Part shown: positions 12,676 through 24,707 of the stretch, one piece after another
Position numbering within the stretch: position 1 is the stretch's first letter
How the letters are laid out: the number at the start of each line of letters is the position of its first letter
DNA from: Eledone cirrhosa
Lineage: Eukaryota
NCBI GenBank assembly: GCA_964016885.1
Contig: OZ024759.1
Location: 16,802,001-16,866,000, forward strand
Direction: 5' to 3'
DNA: 64,000 nt
The notes under the pieces: model-generated
What the model was told of the DNA's origin: nothing
Databases searched by the model: none
Seen by the model: only the letters and a program-made list of their open reading frames with translations
Made by a program: the position numbers and the translations under genes

Positions 12676-12676
<1 letters not shown>
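12551..12676. ncRNA. Palindromic pair of degenerate type I hammerhead motifs (family A)
   Basis: ~55-bp inverted arms, each with TGA-TTTC..GAAT-GAAACAG-ttctagtc-C(T/C)GTA-GAAGC. Cores mutated to CCGATGA (-) and TTGATGA (+). Confidence 0.65.
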
Positions 12677-12720
<44 letters not shown>

Positions 12721-13186
12721 AGAGAGAGCTTTTTGGTGGTGAGGGGGACACTGCTATTTTAAGGATCATTAGTTGTGGTGTAATAATCTCTATAAAGCAC
12801 ATACGAAAATGTCTTTATATTAAACGATGATTATATATATATATATATATATATAATGAAATAAATATGGTTTTATAAATATAGTTTCCATTTGTTAATA
12901 TCGTATATATATATATATGTATAATCTGGATCATAATGCGAACCATGATTTACATTTAATGTAAGTAAACCCTATAATCAAGCTTAACCTGTTCCTACGG
13001 TTGGCTGGAAAATCCAACATGTTATATATACAATGTATGTATGTATATTCTTTATTAAGGCCAGGCGATAGTCTTGGCACTCCTGTGTACTCACAGGGTC
13101 GTTAGACAGGACTAATAAATAAAGAGCAAATATTTACTCTCTACTATAGTATTGAGTACTCATTCTCGCGACCGCCATTACTCACC

Positions 13187-13248
<62 letters not shown>

Positions 13249-13561
13249 GCTGTTTTATCACAGGCCAGCCAGCCTTGTTTTAAGCAGCAGACCTCTACAT
13301 ATGGCCAGACATATTAGTCAGGACCATCCTGTCTTTTCACAATACATTATCTAATATTTGACTATACAAATAAACAAAGCAATAAAAAGGTCTGGTGTGT
13401 GATTTGAGAGTGGTTTAACTGCTATTTCTAGCACATAAAACGACTATCTACTATGCACATTCAGTGTTTTACAGCTGGTTTTATTATTAATAGTATAGTT
13501 TGTGTCCATACAGGGATCACCAATTTTATACGTCATGGCATATGTTATATATGTATTTGGT

Positions 13562-13613
<52 letters not shown>

Positions 13614-14089
13614 CGTCTATATCTGTCTGTGTGTGTATGTCGTCTCTATACCTGTGTGTCTGTATGTGTGTAGGGACCGTCAATTATTTGTCACAAATTC
13701 ATACAATGGGAATTTCAGAATTAAATCGTTCAACTATTTGTTTATGGGATATAGACGGGCGTTAATGTTGATGTTACACACACACACTTATATATGTATA
13801 TATATATATAATTGTTTCTACTTTTGGCACAAGGTCAGCAATTAATTCAGTGTATTACTGGTACTTTATTTTATCGACTCCGTAAGGATGAAAGGCAATG
13901 TATATATATAATGAATCGTACTACGAAAAATATAGCGCAACCTTAGGTTTCATAATAAATTAGCTGTTTAAAATTGTGCCCTTCTTTTGTGGGTCTTCTC
14001 GTTATATATATATATCGCCAATATCAATTTTCGTCTTAATGATCTTAACATCATTTATATAAAAACCGTTAAATTATCTTGTTTGTATG

Positions 14090-14143
<54 letters not shown>

Positions 14144-14984
14144 GCATATATATAGTAGTGTGTACGTGCGTGTTATTAACACTTCGGATGAACTATATAT
14201 ATATATATATATGGATGTGTAGGTTTTAGTATAGACTCTAATGTGTATATACGCATATATATATATATATATTTATATATATAATGTGTTATATATATTT
14301 ATATATATGATGTGGTGCGTCATTTTGCTTAGGTACGTAAGGAAGAGTGAACAAAAATAACAAGTCTGAGGTGCCGGCTAAATAATGTCGCATCGTCGTA
14401 TGTTGCTTCACCTTCACCCTCTCTCCAGACACATACACATACGTCGTAACACTACACCTACGTAGCACGGCTAATTCCTACAATCCTTTCTTTTATTGAA
14501 GTGTACCCGAAGTTTGGATTAGACGATCATAATTAATTATAAATGTGAACGTAAAATAATGAGAGAAAATAAAGTGAAAAATATGTTAATTGCAAAAATG
14601 TAACGAATTTCCGGAAAAAATTGTAATATATATGTGTATATACATGTATATATATTTTTATGCATGCATTCATATATACATATGTATATATGTATATATA
14701 TATATATATATATGTACATGTGTGTGTGTATATATATGGCGTTAGGAAGGGCATCCAGCCGTAGAAAACCTGGCAGATACAGTCCTATCCGATCAATCTT
14801 GCCTCAAGTGGGACAATTCCCGTCTAACCCATGCTAGCATGGAAGATAGATGTTAAATGATGATGATTATATATAGAGAGGAGAGAGAATCTGGGACTAG
14901 CTGTTGAAACGGCAAAAGCTCAGGCCTCAGCACTTTCTAATATAGTCACACTCTACTATCCCAAGTATCGAGTAAAAATAAGGA

Positions 14985-15365
14985 ATGGGAAAGACCTCCT
15001 TCGGTCACGAATGACCATCGGATTTGCACCTAGAAAGTCCCCCCCCCCCGGCGAAAGTCCTGACAAGGTTGTTTGTAGAAGACCAGTAGTCATCCATGTA
15101 AACTAATCTTCCTTCTCCACTCCACCGATGTTGTCCAAGGGAAAGTCAAAGGCTGATTCATTATATATATAGACAATATATACACCCTATATATGATGCA
15201 CTCTACACAATATATATATATATATATATACACTATGTGATGCTGTCCAAGGGAAACGCAATGGCTGATATAGCTTGGCACCAGTGACGTCGCAACTCAT
15301 TTCTACAGTTGAGTGAACTGGAGCAACGTGAAATAAAGTGTCTTACTCAAGAACACAATGCAAAG
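14985..15365 (-). mobile_element. CORE-headed SINE with a different (RTE/BovB-like) tail, split by a (TA)n tract
   Basis: Shares GAGTGAACTGGAGCAACGTGAAATAAAGTGTCTT with family 1. Tail CCTTCGGTCACGAATGACCAT differs. Confidence 0.6.
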
Positions 15366-15480
15366 CCTGGGTACTCTGTTGAATAATGGCCTAACTACTT
15401 TAATACTGACACACATGTATATAAATGAAAAAATAATCACCAAGGTTCATTACATTATTACCATATATATATATATATAT

Positions 15481-15830
15481 ATTTATTATAAGAACAGATT
15501 AAAGTTTAACCCTTTAGCATTTAAACCAGCTGTATCCAGCCAGAATTCTCTCAGTCATACTGACATTAAGTATCAAAATCTTGTAGATTCGATATTATGT
15601 AAGATAAAGCCTTTACCACAAAAATACAATAGTATATATATATAGAGTAATGTAAATGCTAAAGGGTTAAGCAAAGAATCACTGCTTTTACCCTTAACGG
15701 GATCTTCTGAAACTGAAAAAATCAATCTGTGGACGCAGAAGTATATATTTCAGTTTGAGAACACCCCGTTAAGGGTGAAAGCAGCGATTCTTTGCTTAAA
15801 CTTTAATCTGTTCTTATAATAAATATTTGC
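15481..15830. ncRNA. Inverted pair of hammerhead-like motifs (family B), left arm interrupted by a TTAA MITE
   Basis: After removing 15506-15666, the arms 15481-15716 and 15749-15825 are reverse complements. Same motif as 53121-53171. Confidence 0.6.
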
Positions 15831-16332
15831 TCTATGGGTTTATATATATATATATATGTATGTTTTCTTTTATATATATATATATAAAGGCACAGCGCTT
15901 AGTGGTTAGAGGATTGGTCTTGTCTTGTAATCGAAAGGTGAGTTCAATTCTCGGACCGGGTGATGTGTTGTTTCCTTGAGCAAGACACTTTATTTCACAT
16001 TGCTCCAGTTTACTCAGCTGTAGAAATGAGACGATAGGGACTGGGGTCCCTATCATTCCACTGTAAAGTGGTCGTGGAGGTGCCACGGCAAAAAAGCACC
16101 CACCACTCACTGTAAATGAGGTTGGTGTTAGGAAGGGCATCCAGCTGTAGAAATCAAGCCAGAATCTATTCCCGTATGAGCAAGACAAGGTCAGCCGACC
16201 GGACACTGCCCACAACAGGACAACCTGTCTAACCCATGTTAGCGTGGAAGAACGGACGTAAAACGGTGATGATGATATATATATAATCCTCTTTGGATTT
16301 TAGTCTTCACATTTATTATTACTATATATATA

Positions 16333-17135
16333 TCTGTATATATATAAAATTAAGTATGTGTGTGTCTGTGTGTTTCCTATAGGGGCCTACATCTTACGAC
16401 CGATTTTCATGAAAATTTACAGGCTCATAGATTAGTCATCGGGGAGTGTTTTCTATATATCAGCGTATGTTTTTTTTATTCCGGGTTCATTCTGCAGATA
16501 AAAATCAATAGGGGGGGGTCAATTTTTTTTTAGGCATCGAAAAATAAGATTTTTGGCACTAGCTCCCACATTTTGCCACCGATTTCGTTCAAATTTTAAA
16601 GCAAAATAGAATTTATCATTGCACATCCTGTAATGGCTTTATATTTTGCATTTGTTGTTCAGGGACGGGGTGGCAGCCGCTTAAATATTCAAAAATACCA
16701 CTTTTAGACCCAAATTTCCACTTTTTCGGTTCTAGCTCCCACATTAATTAACCTACTTTGTTCAAATTTTACACTACACTAGATCTGATTATTTCACGTC
16801 TTAAAGTGGCTTTACATTTTGGATTTTTTTGTTCAGGAACGGCGTGGCAGCCGCTTAAATATTTGAAAATACCACCTTTTGCTCAAATTTCCGCTTTTTC
16901 GGCTCTAGCTCCCACATTTTTCAACCGATTTTGTTCAAATTCGAAACTCCCTCCCCCAGCATGCCCCTTCGTCAGTCACCCACATTTCTCAGTGATAGAG
17001 GTCATCACCACCTCTCCCGCAAGGCCTGTGTGTGGCCATAGATGAGTCATCGAGAAGCAGTCGCTAAGATCAACACCTTTTCATCAAAGCAGATATTATT
17101 TTACCTACCCAGGCAACGCTGGCTATTGCTGCTAG
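16333..17135 (+). mobile_element. Non-autonomous Helitron
   Basis: A|TC 5' end and CTAG|T 3' end. Subterminal hairpin CCAGGCAACGCTGG just before CTAG. (TG)n and ACCGATTTTCATGAAA near the 5' end. Internal ~175-bp tandem units. Confidence 0.8.
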
Positions 17136-17473
17136 TACATATATGTGTGTGTATACATGCATGCATGTATATATATATGTGTGTCATTTTCATCGGATTT
17201 TTATATCCCCTTTAATATAGAAGGCTTAAGGGATTTTGCTCTCGTAAAACTTTTAAACGAAGTAGCCTCTTGGTATTATGGCTTGACTAACTAGAAAAAG
17301 CAGTGAAATGGTACTAAAGACATAATGCATATTAATAGGAACGAAGGTAGGACACATTGAGCATTGTGTGAAGAGAGAAGAGGATGGGTTTCCTTGTAAG
17401 ATATATAAGATATGTCTGACCGTTTTTCAAAATGTTTTATTGTCATAGTTTTGCAATGTTAAATTGCATAAAA

Positions 17474-18694
17474 CTAGTCAATAAGATAATCTCTGTTGTT
17501 GTTGATGACCTCCTCTCATTGTTCAATAAGTTTATCTATGCCTTGGCGGTTTTGAGCTGAAGAATTGGTTCAACCAAGTGCTCAAAATCCACATCATTAT
17601 TGAACGATATACCGAGGGCGGTGGACTGGCAGTATCGGTAGAGGGTCGGACGCCATGCTTTCCAGCATAGTTACGTCCCTTTGCGATCTGAGTTCAAATC
17701 CGGCCGAGGTTGACTTTGCCTTTCATCCTTACGGGGTCGATAAAATAAAGTACCAGTAATGCACTGGGTAATTGCTGGCCTTGTGCCTAAAGTAGAAACA
17801 ATTATTGAACGATATACCGCGCAATGCATTCGAAAGTGATCGAAAGAGGTGGAAATCTGATGGTGCCAAGTCTGGAGAGTATGGTGGATGAGGTAACACC
17901 TCCCATCCGAGTTCTTGAATCGCGGCTTTGGTCATAGTGGCGTTGTGAGGACTGGCGTTGTTGTGCTGCAGAAGAACACCTTTTTGCTGAATTTCCTCGT
18001 TGAGTCGGTGCAGTTGTTAAACGTAGAGCTCCGCATTTACAGTTTGGTTGCGCCCAAGCAATTCGTAATGGATTATGCCTTCCCAGTCCCAACATACACT
18101 CAACATGGTCTTTCGAGGATGAAGGTCTTGTTTTGCTCGTGGAGTCGCTTGTTTGTTAGGGCTGAGCCATTCTTTACGCTGTTTCATGTTGACATAGAGA
18201 CACCATTTTTCATCGGCCGTGACAATGCGGTAAAGAAAGCGATGCTTGTGACCATGTGTTAAGCAATGTCGAGCGAGCAAACTGTCGGAAATCGTGGAGC
18301 GCTGATTTCTGTTGTTTTCGCTCAAAGTGTGTGGCAGCCATGAGCCAAGTTTCTGAACCTTGCCCATTGAGTGAAGGTGATTTACCACAGTTTTATGGTC
18401 ACAATTCATCTGTTCGGCCAATTCTCTGGTCGTCTGACGTGGATTTTCATGAAGAAGTTGGTTTAATCGTTCCTTATCAAATTCAACTGGTTGACCGGAG
18501 CGTGACCCGTCCTTAAGCTCAAAATTCCCATTTTTAAAGCGTGAAAACCAACGGCAGGCAGTACGTTGAGGCATTGCTCCTTCTCCATACACGTCACAAA
18601 TCTCACGAGCAGCTTTGGCGGCGTTAAAACCTCGATTAAATGCAAAAAGCAAAAGGTGTCGAAACTGCTCAATTCTGTTCACTTGACATTCCAT
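17474..18694 (-). pseudogene. mariner (DD34D) transposase relic, interrupted by a SINE
   Basis: HTH region, WLPHTL, IVTADEKW, QHNNA (second Asp mutated), YSPDLAPSDFHLF with 34-residue spacing. Premature TAA 18017-18019. SINE at 17615-17800. C-terminus ..QGIDKLIEQ*EEVINNNRDYLID* ends 17474. Confidence 0.92.
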
Positions 18695-19135
18695 GGAAAG
18701 AATCGACTATGTTCAGATCTGGAGAGAGAGGATGGACCCAACCAAATTGAAAATCCCACCAAAACGGTGCCCCTATGACTTCAAGGTTTATGGGTCCATG
18801 CATATAACTCGTATAAGGATTACAGTAATATTATTTTGACACTGATTGTTGATTATAAATACATACATCATCATCGTTAATGTCCATTTTCCTTGCTTGC
18901 ATGAGTTATACGAGTAGTCACATTATGGTCAGGAGACCACATCTTGCTCATACGTATTTTGGCTTGGTTTCTACGGCCGGATGTCCTTCCTAATGCCAAC
19001 TAATGTTACAGTGTGGACTGTGTGTTATTTTGTCATATCACCAGTGTGACTACCTTATATATTTATATATATTCCTTTATTGGTTTCAGTCTGGTGACTG
19101 AAACCATGCTCAGGCACTGCCTTAACCTCTTCAGT

Positions 19136-22100
19136 GCCGTAGACGAGATAACTTGTCCTAACATGTATGCATTCCAGTGCCACAGACGAGACAACTTGTC
19201 CTAACATGTATGCATTCCAGTACCACAGACGAGATAACTTGTCCTAACATGTATACATTCCAGTATCACAGACGAGACAACTTGTCCTAACATGTATGCA
19301 TTCCAGTACCACAGACAAGACAACTTGCCCTAACATGTATGCATTCCAGTGCCACAGACGAGACAACTTGTCCTAACATGTATGCATTCCAGTACCACAG
19401 ACGAGATAACTTGTCCTAACATGTATACATTCCAGTATCACAGACGAGACAACTTGTCCTAACATGTATGCATTCCAGTACCACAGACAAGACAACTTGT
19501 CCTAACATGTATGCATTGCAGTACCACAGACGAGATAACTTGTCCTAACATGTATGCATTCCAGTACCACAGACAAGACAACTTGCCCTAACATGTATGC
19601 ATTCCAGTACCACAGACGAGATAACTCGTCCTAACATGTATGCATTCCAGTACCACAGACGAGATAACTTGTCCTAACATGTATGCATTCCAGTACCACA
19701 GACGAGATAACTTGTCCTAACATGTATGGATTCCAGTATCACAGACAAGACAACTTGTCCTAACATGTATGCATTCCAGTATCACAGACGAGATAACTCG
19801 TCCTAACATGTATGCATTCCAGTACCACAGACGAGATAACTTGTCCTAACATGTATGCATTCCAGTACCACAGACGAGATAACTTGTCCTAACATGTATG
19901 CATTCCAGTGCCACAGACGAGATAACTCGTCCTAACATGTATGCATTCCAGTACCACAGACAAGACAACTTGTCCTAACATGTATGCATTCCAGTACCAC
20001 AGACGAGATAACTTGTCCTAACATGTATGCATTCCAGTACCACAGACGAGACAACTTGTCCTAACATGTATGCATTCCAGTACCACAGACGAGAAAACTT
20101 GTCCTAACATGTATGCATTCCAGTATCACAGACGAGACAACTTGTCCTAACATGTATGCATTCCAGTGCCACAGACGAGATAACTCGTCCTAACATGTAT
20201 GCATTCCAGTACCACAGACGAGAAAACTTGTCCTAACATGTATGCATTCCAGTACCATAGACGAGACAACTTGTCCTAACATGTATGCATTCCAGTATCA
20301 CAGACGAGACAACTTGTCCTAACATGTATGCATTCCAGTACCACAGACGAGACAACTTGTCCTAACATGTATGCATTCCAGTATCACAGACGAGACAACT
20401 TGTCCTAACATGTATGCATTCCAGTACCACAGACGAGACAACTTGTCCTAACATGTATGCATTCCAGTACCACAGACAAGACAACTTGTCCTAACATGTA
20501 TGCATTCCAGTACCACAGACGAGATAACTTGTCCTAACATGTATGCATTCCAGTACCACAGACGAGACAACTTGTCCTAACATGTATGCATTCCAGTACC
20601 ACAGACGAGATAACTTGTCCTAACATGTATGGATTCCAGTACCACAGACGAGACAACTTGTCCTAACATGTATGCATTCCAGTACCACAGACAAGATAAC
20701 TTGTCCTAACATGTATCCATTCCAGTATCACAGACGAGATAACTTGTCCTAACATGTATCCATTCCAGTATCACAGACGAGACAACTTGTCCTAACATGT
20801 ATCCATTCCAGTATCACAGACGAGACAACTTGCCCTAACATGTATGCATTCCAGTACCACAGACAAGACAACTTGTCCTAACATGTATGCATTCCAGTAT
20901 CACAGACGAGATAACTTGTCCTAACATGTATGCATTCCAGTATCACAGACAAGACAACTTGTCCTAACATGTATGCATTCCAGTACCACAGACAAGACAA
21001 CTTGTCCTAACATGTATGCATTCCAGTACCACAGACGAGATAACTTGTCCTAACATGTATGCATTCCAGTACCACAGACGAGATAACTTGTCCTAACATG
21101 TATGCATTCCAGTATCACAGACAAGACAACTTGTCCTAACATGTATGCATTCCAGTACCACAGACAAGACAACTTGTCCTAACATGTATGCATTCCAGTA
21201 CCACAGACGAGATAACTTGTCCTAACATGTATGCATTCCAGTACCACAGACGAGATAACTTGTCCTAACATGTATGCATTCCAGTGCCACAGACGAGATA
21301 ACTTGTCCTAACATGTATGCATTCCAGTATCACAGACGAGATAACTTGTCCTAACATGTATGCATTCCAGTATCACAGACAAGACAACTTGTCCTAACAT
21401 GTATGCATTCCAGTACCACAGACAAAACAACTTGTCCTAACATGTATGCATTCCAGTACCACAGACGAGATAACTTGTCCTAACATGTATACATTCCAGT
21501 ATCACAGACGAGACAACTTGTCCTAACATGTATGCATTCCAGTACCACAGACGAGATAACTCGTCCTAACATGTATGCATTCCAGTATCACAGACGAGAT
21601 AACTCGTCCTAACATGTATGCATTCCAGTATCACAGACAAGACAACTTGTCCTAACATGTATGCATTCCAGTACCACAGACAAGACAACTTGTCCTAACA
21701 TGTATGCATTCCAGTACCACAGACGAGACAACTTGTCCTAACATGTATGCATTCCAGTATCACAGACGAGATAACTCGTCCTAACATGTATGCATTCCAG
21801 TACCACAGACGAGATAACTTGTCCTAACATGTATGCATTCCAGTATCACAGACGAGACAACTTGTCCTAACATGTATGCATTCCAGTATCACAGACGAGA
21901 TAACTCGTCCTAACATGTATGCATTCCAGTATCACAGACGAGACAACTTGTCCTAACATGTATGCATTCCAGTACCACAGACGAGATAACTTGTCCTAAC
22001 ATGTATCCATTCCAGTATCACAGACGAGATAACTTGTCCTAACATGTATCCATTCCAGTATCACAGACGAGACAACTTGTCCTAACATGTATGCATTCCA

Positions 22101-22476
22101 GTACCACAGACGAGATAACTTGTCCTAACATGTATCCATTCCAGTACCACAGACGAGATAACTTGTCCTAACATGTATGCATTCCAGTACCACAGACGAG
22201 ATAACTTGTCCTAACATGTATGCATTCCAGTACCATAGACGAGAAAACTTGTCCTAACATGTATGCATTCCAGTATCACAGACGAGATAACTTGTCCTAA
22301 CATGTATGCATTCCAGTACCACAGACGAGATAACTTGTCCTAACATGTATGCATTCCAGTACCATAGACGAGATAACTTGTCCTAACATGTATGCATTCC
22401 AGTATCACAGACGAGATAACTTGTCCTAACATGTATGCATTCCAGTACCACAGACGAGATAACTTGTCCTAACATA
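19136..22476. repeat. 43-bp satellite, ~78 copies
   Basis: Unit GAGATAACTTGTCCTAACATGTATGCATTCCAGTACCACAGAC, period 43 (19145 to 19188). Confidence 0.97.
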
Positions 22477-22478
22477 TT

Positions 22479-22583
22479 TGAACTCATTTCCAACAGTTCA
22501 TAACTTCAAAGTTATGAACTCATTTCCAACAGTTCATAACTTCAAAGTTATGAACTCATTTCCAACAGTTCATAACTTCAAAG
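22479..22583. repeat. 36-bp tandem repeat, ~3 copies
   Basis: TGAACTCATTTCCAACAGTTCATAACTTCAAAGTTA at 22479, 22515, 22551. Confidence 0.9.
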
Positions 22584-23699
22584 CTAGATGGGGTTACTAG
22601 TTTATTGATGTGACGTTTGTCAATCATTCAGATATGTGTTGTTAATAAATGTTTGTTTAAAGAAATAGTCATTTTACTGAAAAAAAACCCATGGCACAGC
22701 AACTGTAGCTGTGTAAAATATACATGGCAGTCAACTGGTTAAAGGGATTGAGTTGATTATATTAACCCCAGTGCATACTGTATACACCCAAATATAAGCT
22801 GGCTACATTATGTTATGAATTGGCAGTATCGGTAGAGGGTCGGACGCCATGCTTTGACGCATAGAGTTACGACCCTTGCCATTCTGAGTTCAAATCCCGC
22901 CGAGGTTAACTTTGCCTTTCATCCTTACGGGGTCGATAAAATAAAGTACCAGTAATGTACTGGGTAATTTGCTGACCTTGTGCCAATAGTAGAAACAATT
23001 ATTTTATGCCTGAGAATTAGACAACAATCCAAACCCCACTTGAAAGCTGGGGGAAGCTAATCAACACATTGTGTTTAGATGGTGAGGCTTTGAAATTCTC
23101 ATAAGTAGAGAATATATTTATAAAGTTTTGTTGTTTAAAATAGAGTATAGTTTTTGTTTCACATCTGCATTATGTAATGATTTCTTAACAATTTCCGATT
23201 AGTAGGAAGGCCATAGTCATTCAAAAGATATAAAATAACAGGAAATACGTATTTCATATTGAAAGTAAAAGCAGTGTAATATTCTCCTTCAACCCTTTAG
23301 CAACTAAACCGGCCATATCCGGCAAGAATTTCCTCACGTCTTGCTGTGTAAACTGGCCACTCATACTGATGTTAAGGTATTGATCTCAAAATAAATAATA
23401 TCAAAATCTCATAGATTCAATATTATGTGAGGTAAAGCCTTTACCGTGAAAATACAATAGTAAATATAGAGTAATGTAAATGCTAAAGAGTTAAATTAAC
23501 TCTTTAGTATTTAAAGCAGCCATATCCAGCTAGAATTCTCTCACTTCTTTCTGTTCAAAGTGGCTGTAACTGGATGTTGCATGGTTGCTGTGGGGCCTTG
23601 GAACAGAATTCTAACATCCCTTTCTGTTCAAACCGGTTGTAACCAACCGCTCGTACTTATGTCAAGGAATTGTTCTCAAAATAAATAATATCAAAATCA

Positions 23700-24707
23700 A
23701 GAAGTCGAGGGGCGAGCTGGGAGGCCAGATGTCAGGTGAAGTGTGGTCGACGAAGTTCTCTGACAGCCAGGCTTAGGTCTTTCGGCTGGTATGGCAGGGC
23801 GCTGAGTCTTGCTGCCACACGTACGGCCTACCTGCAGCTACCTGGTCGATCCAGGGCTTTACTACCTCGCTCAGAACGCGGAGGAAGCCATCGGTGTTCA
23901 GCTTGAGGCCCTCAGGGAAGAAGTGAGGTGGCATGACGTCACCTTGACTGTTGACGACACCTAAGACCAATGTTGTCGCTGGAAACTTTGCATGACTCTG
24001 GGCATGTCTTTGGATGAGACAGTGAGCCACCTGTTGTTCTGGGAGTTGATCTTCTGGTCCTTATTTGTCCTCCCGGCGCGGATTCCAAGAAGAACTCCGT
24101 GTCTCTTCCACAAATTTGGAGGTTCAAAATTATTCATAATCAATTATTCTGAAAATAAATAATGGAAATATAGTCACTGTTTTTATGAAGACAAGAGTGG
24201 GGAGACCCAAGATGATGTGATAAAAGCCGACCTTACCCAATTACACCTCTCAAAGGCAATGACACACGACCGTGACTTCTGGCGTCATGCAGTAATACAG
24301 AGTACCCGACCTCCCATGGGTACAAGCTGAAGCATATAGACAATATGCCCCACACCCCCCACCGCAAGGTGGTCGTGGAGGTGCCACGGCAAAAAAGCAC
24401 CCAGCCCACACTGTAAAGTGGATGTGTAGGCGCCACAAAAAAGCACCCAGCACTCACTGTAAATGAGGTTGGTGTTAGGAAGGGCATCCAACTGTAGAAA
24501 TCAAGCCAGATCAGTTCCTGTATGAGCAAGGCATGGTCAGCCGACCAGACACTGCCCACAACAGGACAACCCGTCTAACCCATGCTAGCGTGGAAGAACG
24601 GACGTAAAACGGTGATGATGATGATGATGAAGAGTGACAACGGAAGTAAAAAAAATTTGCATAAAATTAGCAGTTGAAAATTGCGAACAAATATCGTCCA
24701 CACCCTG
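23700..24707 (-). mobile_element. Internally deleted Tc1/mariner element, maT/DD37D-like, with 5' TIR and a SINE in its 5' UTR
   Basis: TIR TA-CAGGGTGTGGACGATATTTGTTCGCAA at 24707-24681. N-terminus MNNFEPPNLWKRHGVLLGIRAGR is fused to DQKINSQNNRWL. Then GVVNSQGDVMPPHFF...YVWQQDSAPCHTSRKT*AWLSENF...WPPSSPLDF. Confidence 0.8.

Larger units (their letters stand above)
19126..22738. mobile_element. TTAA-flanked non-autonomous DNA element carrying a 43-bp satellite
   Basis: TTAA at 19122-19125 and 22739-22742. Imperfect TIRs CCTCTTCAGTGCC / GGCAGTCAACTGG. Confidence 0.55.

Noticed and set aside
13070-13115. Nested hairpin TAGTCTTG..CCTGTG-TACT-CACAGG..CAGGACTA as a ribozyme
   Set aside because: It lies next to a family-A-like flank, but I could not assign a complete hammerhead, twister or pistol core.
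17400-18800. Domesticated SETMAR-like gene or active mariner
   Set aside because: Premature stops, mutated second Asp, SINE insertion, and no clearly paired TIRs.
19136-22476. CRISPR-like appearance of the 43-bp array (and of the 48-bp array at 57597-64000)
   Set aside because: Units are head-to-tail with no unique spacers, there are no cas genes, and the context is a eukaryotic intron.
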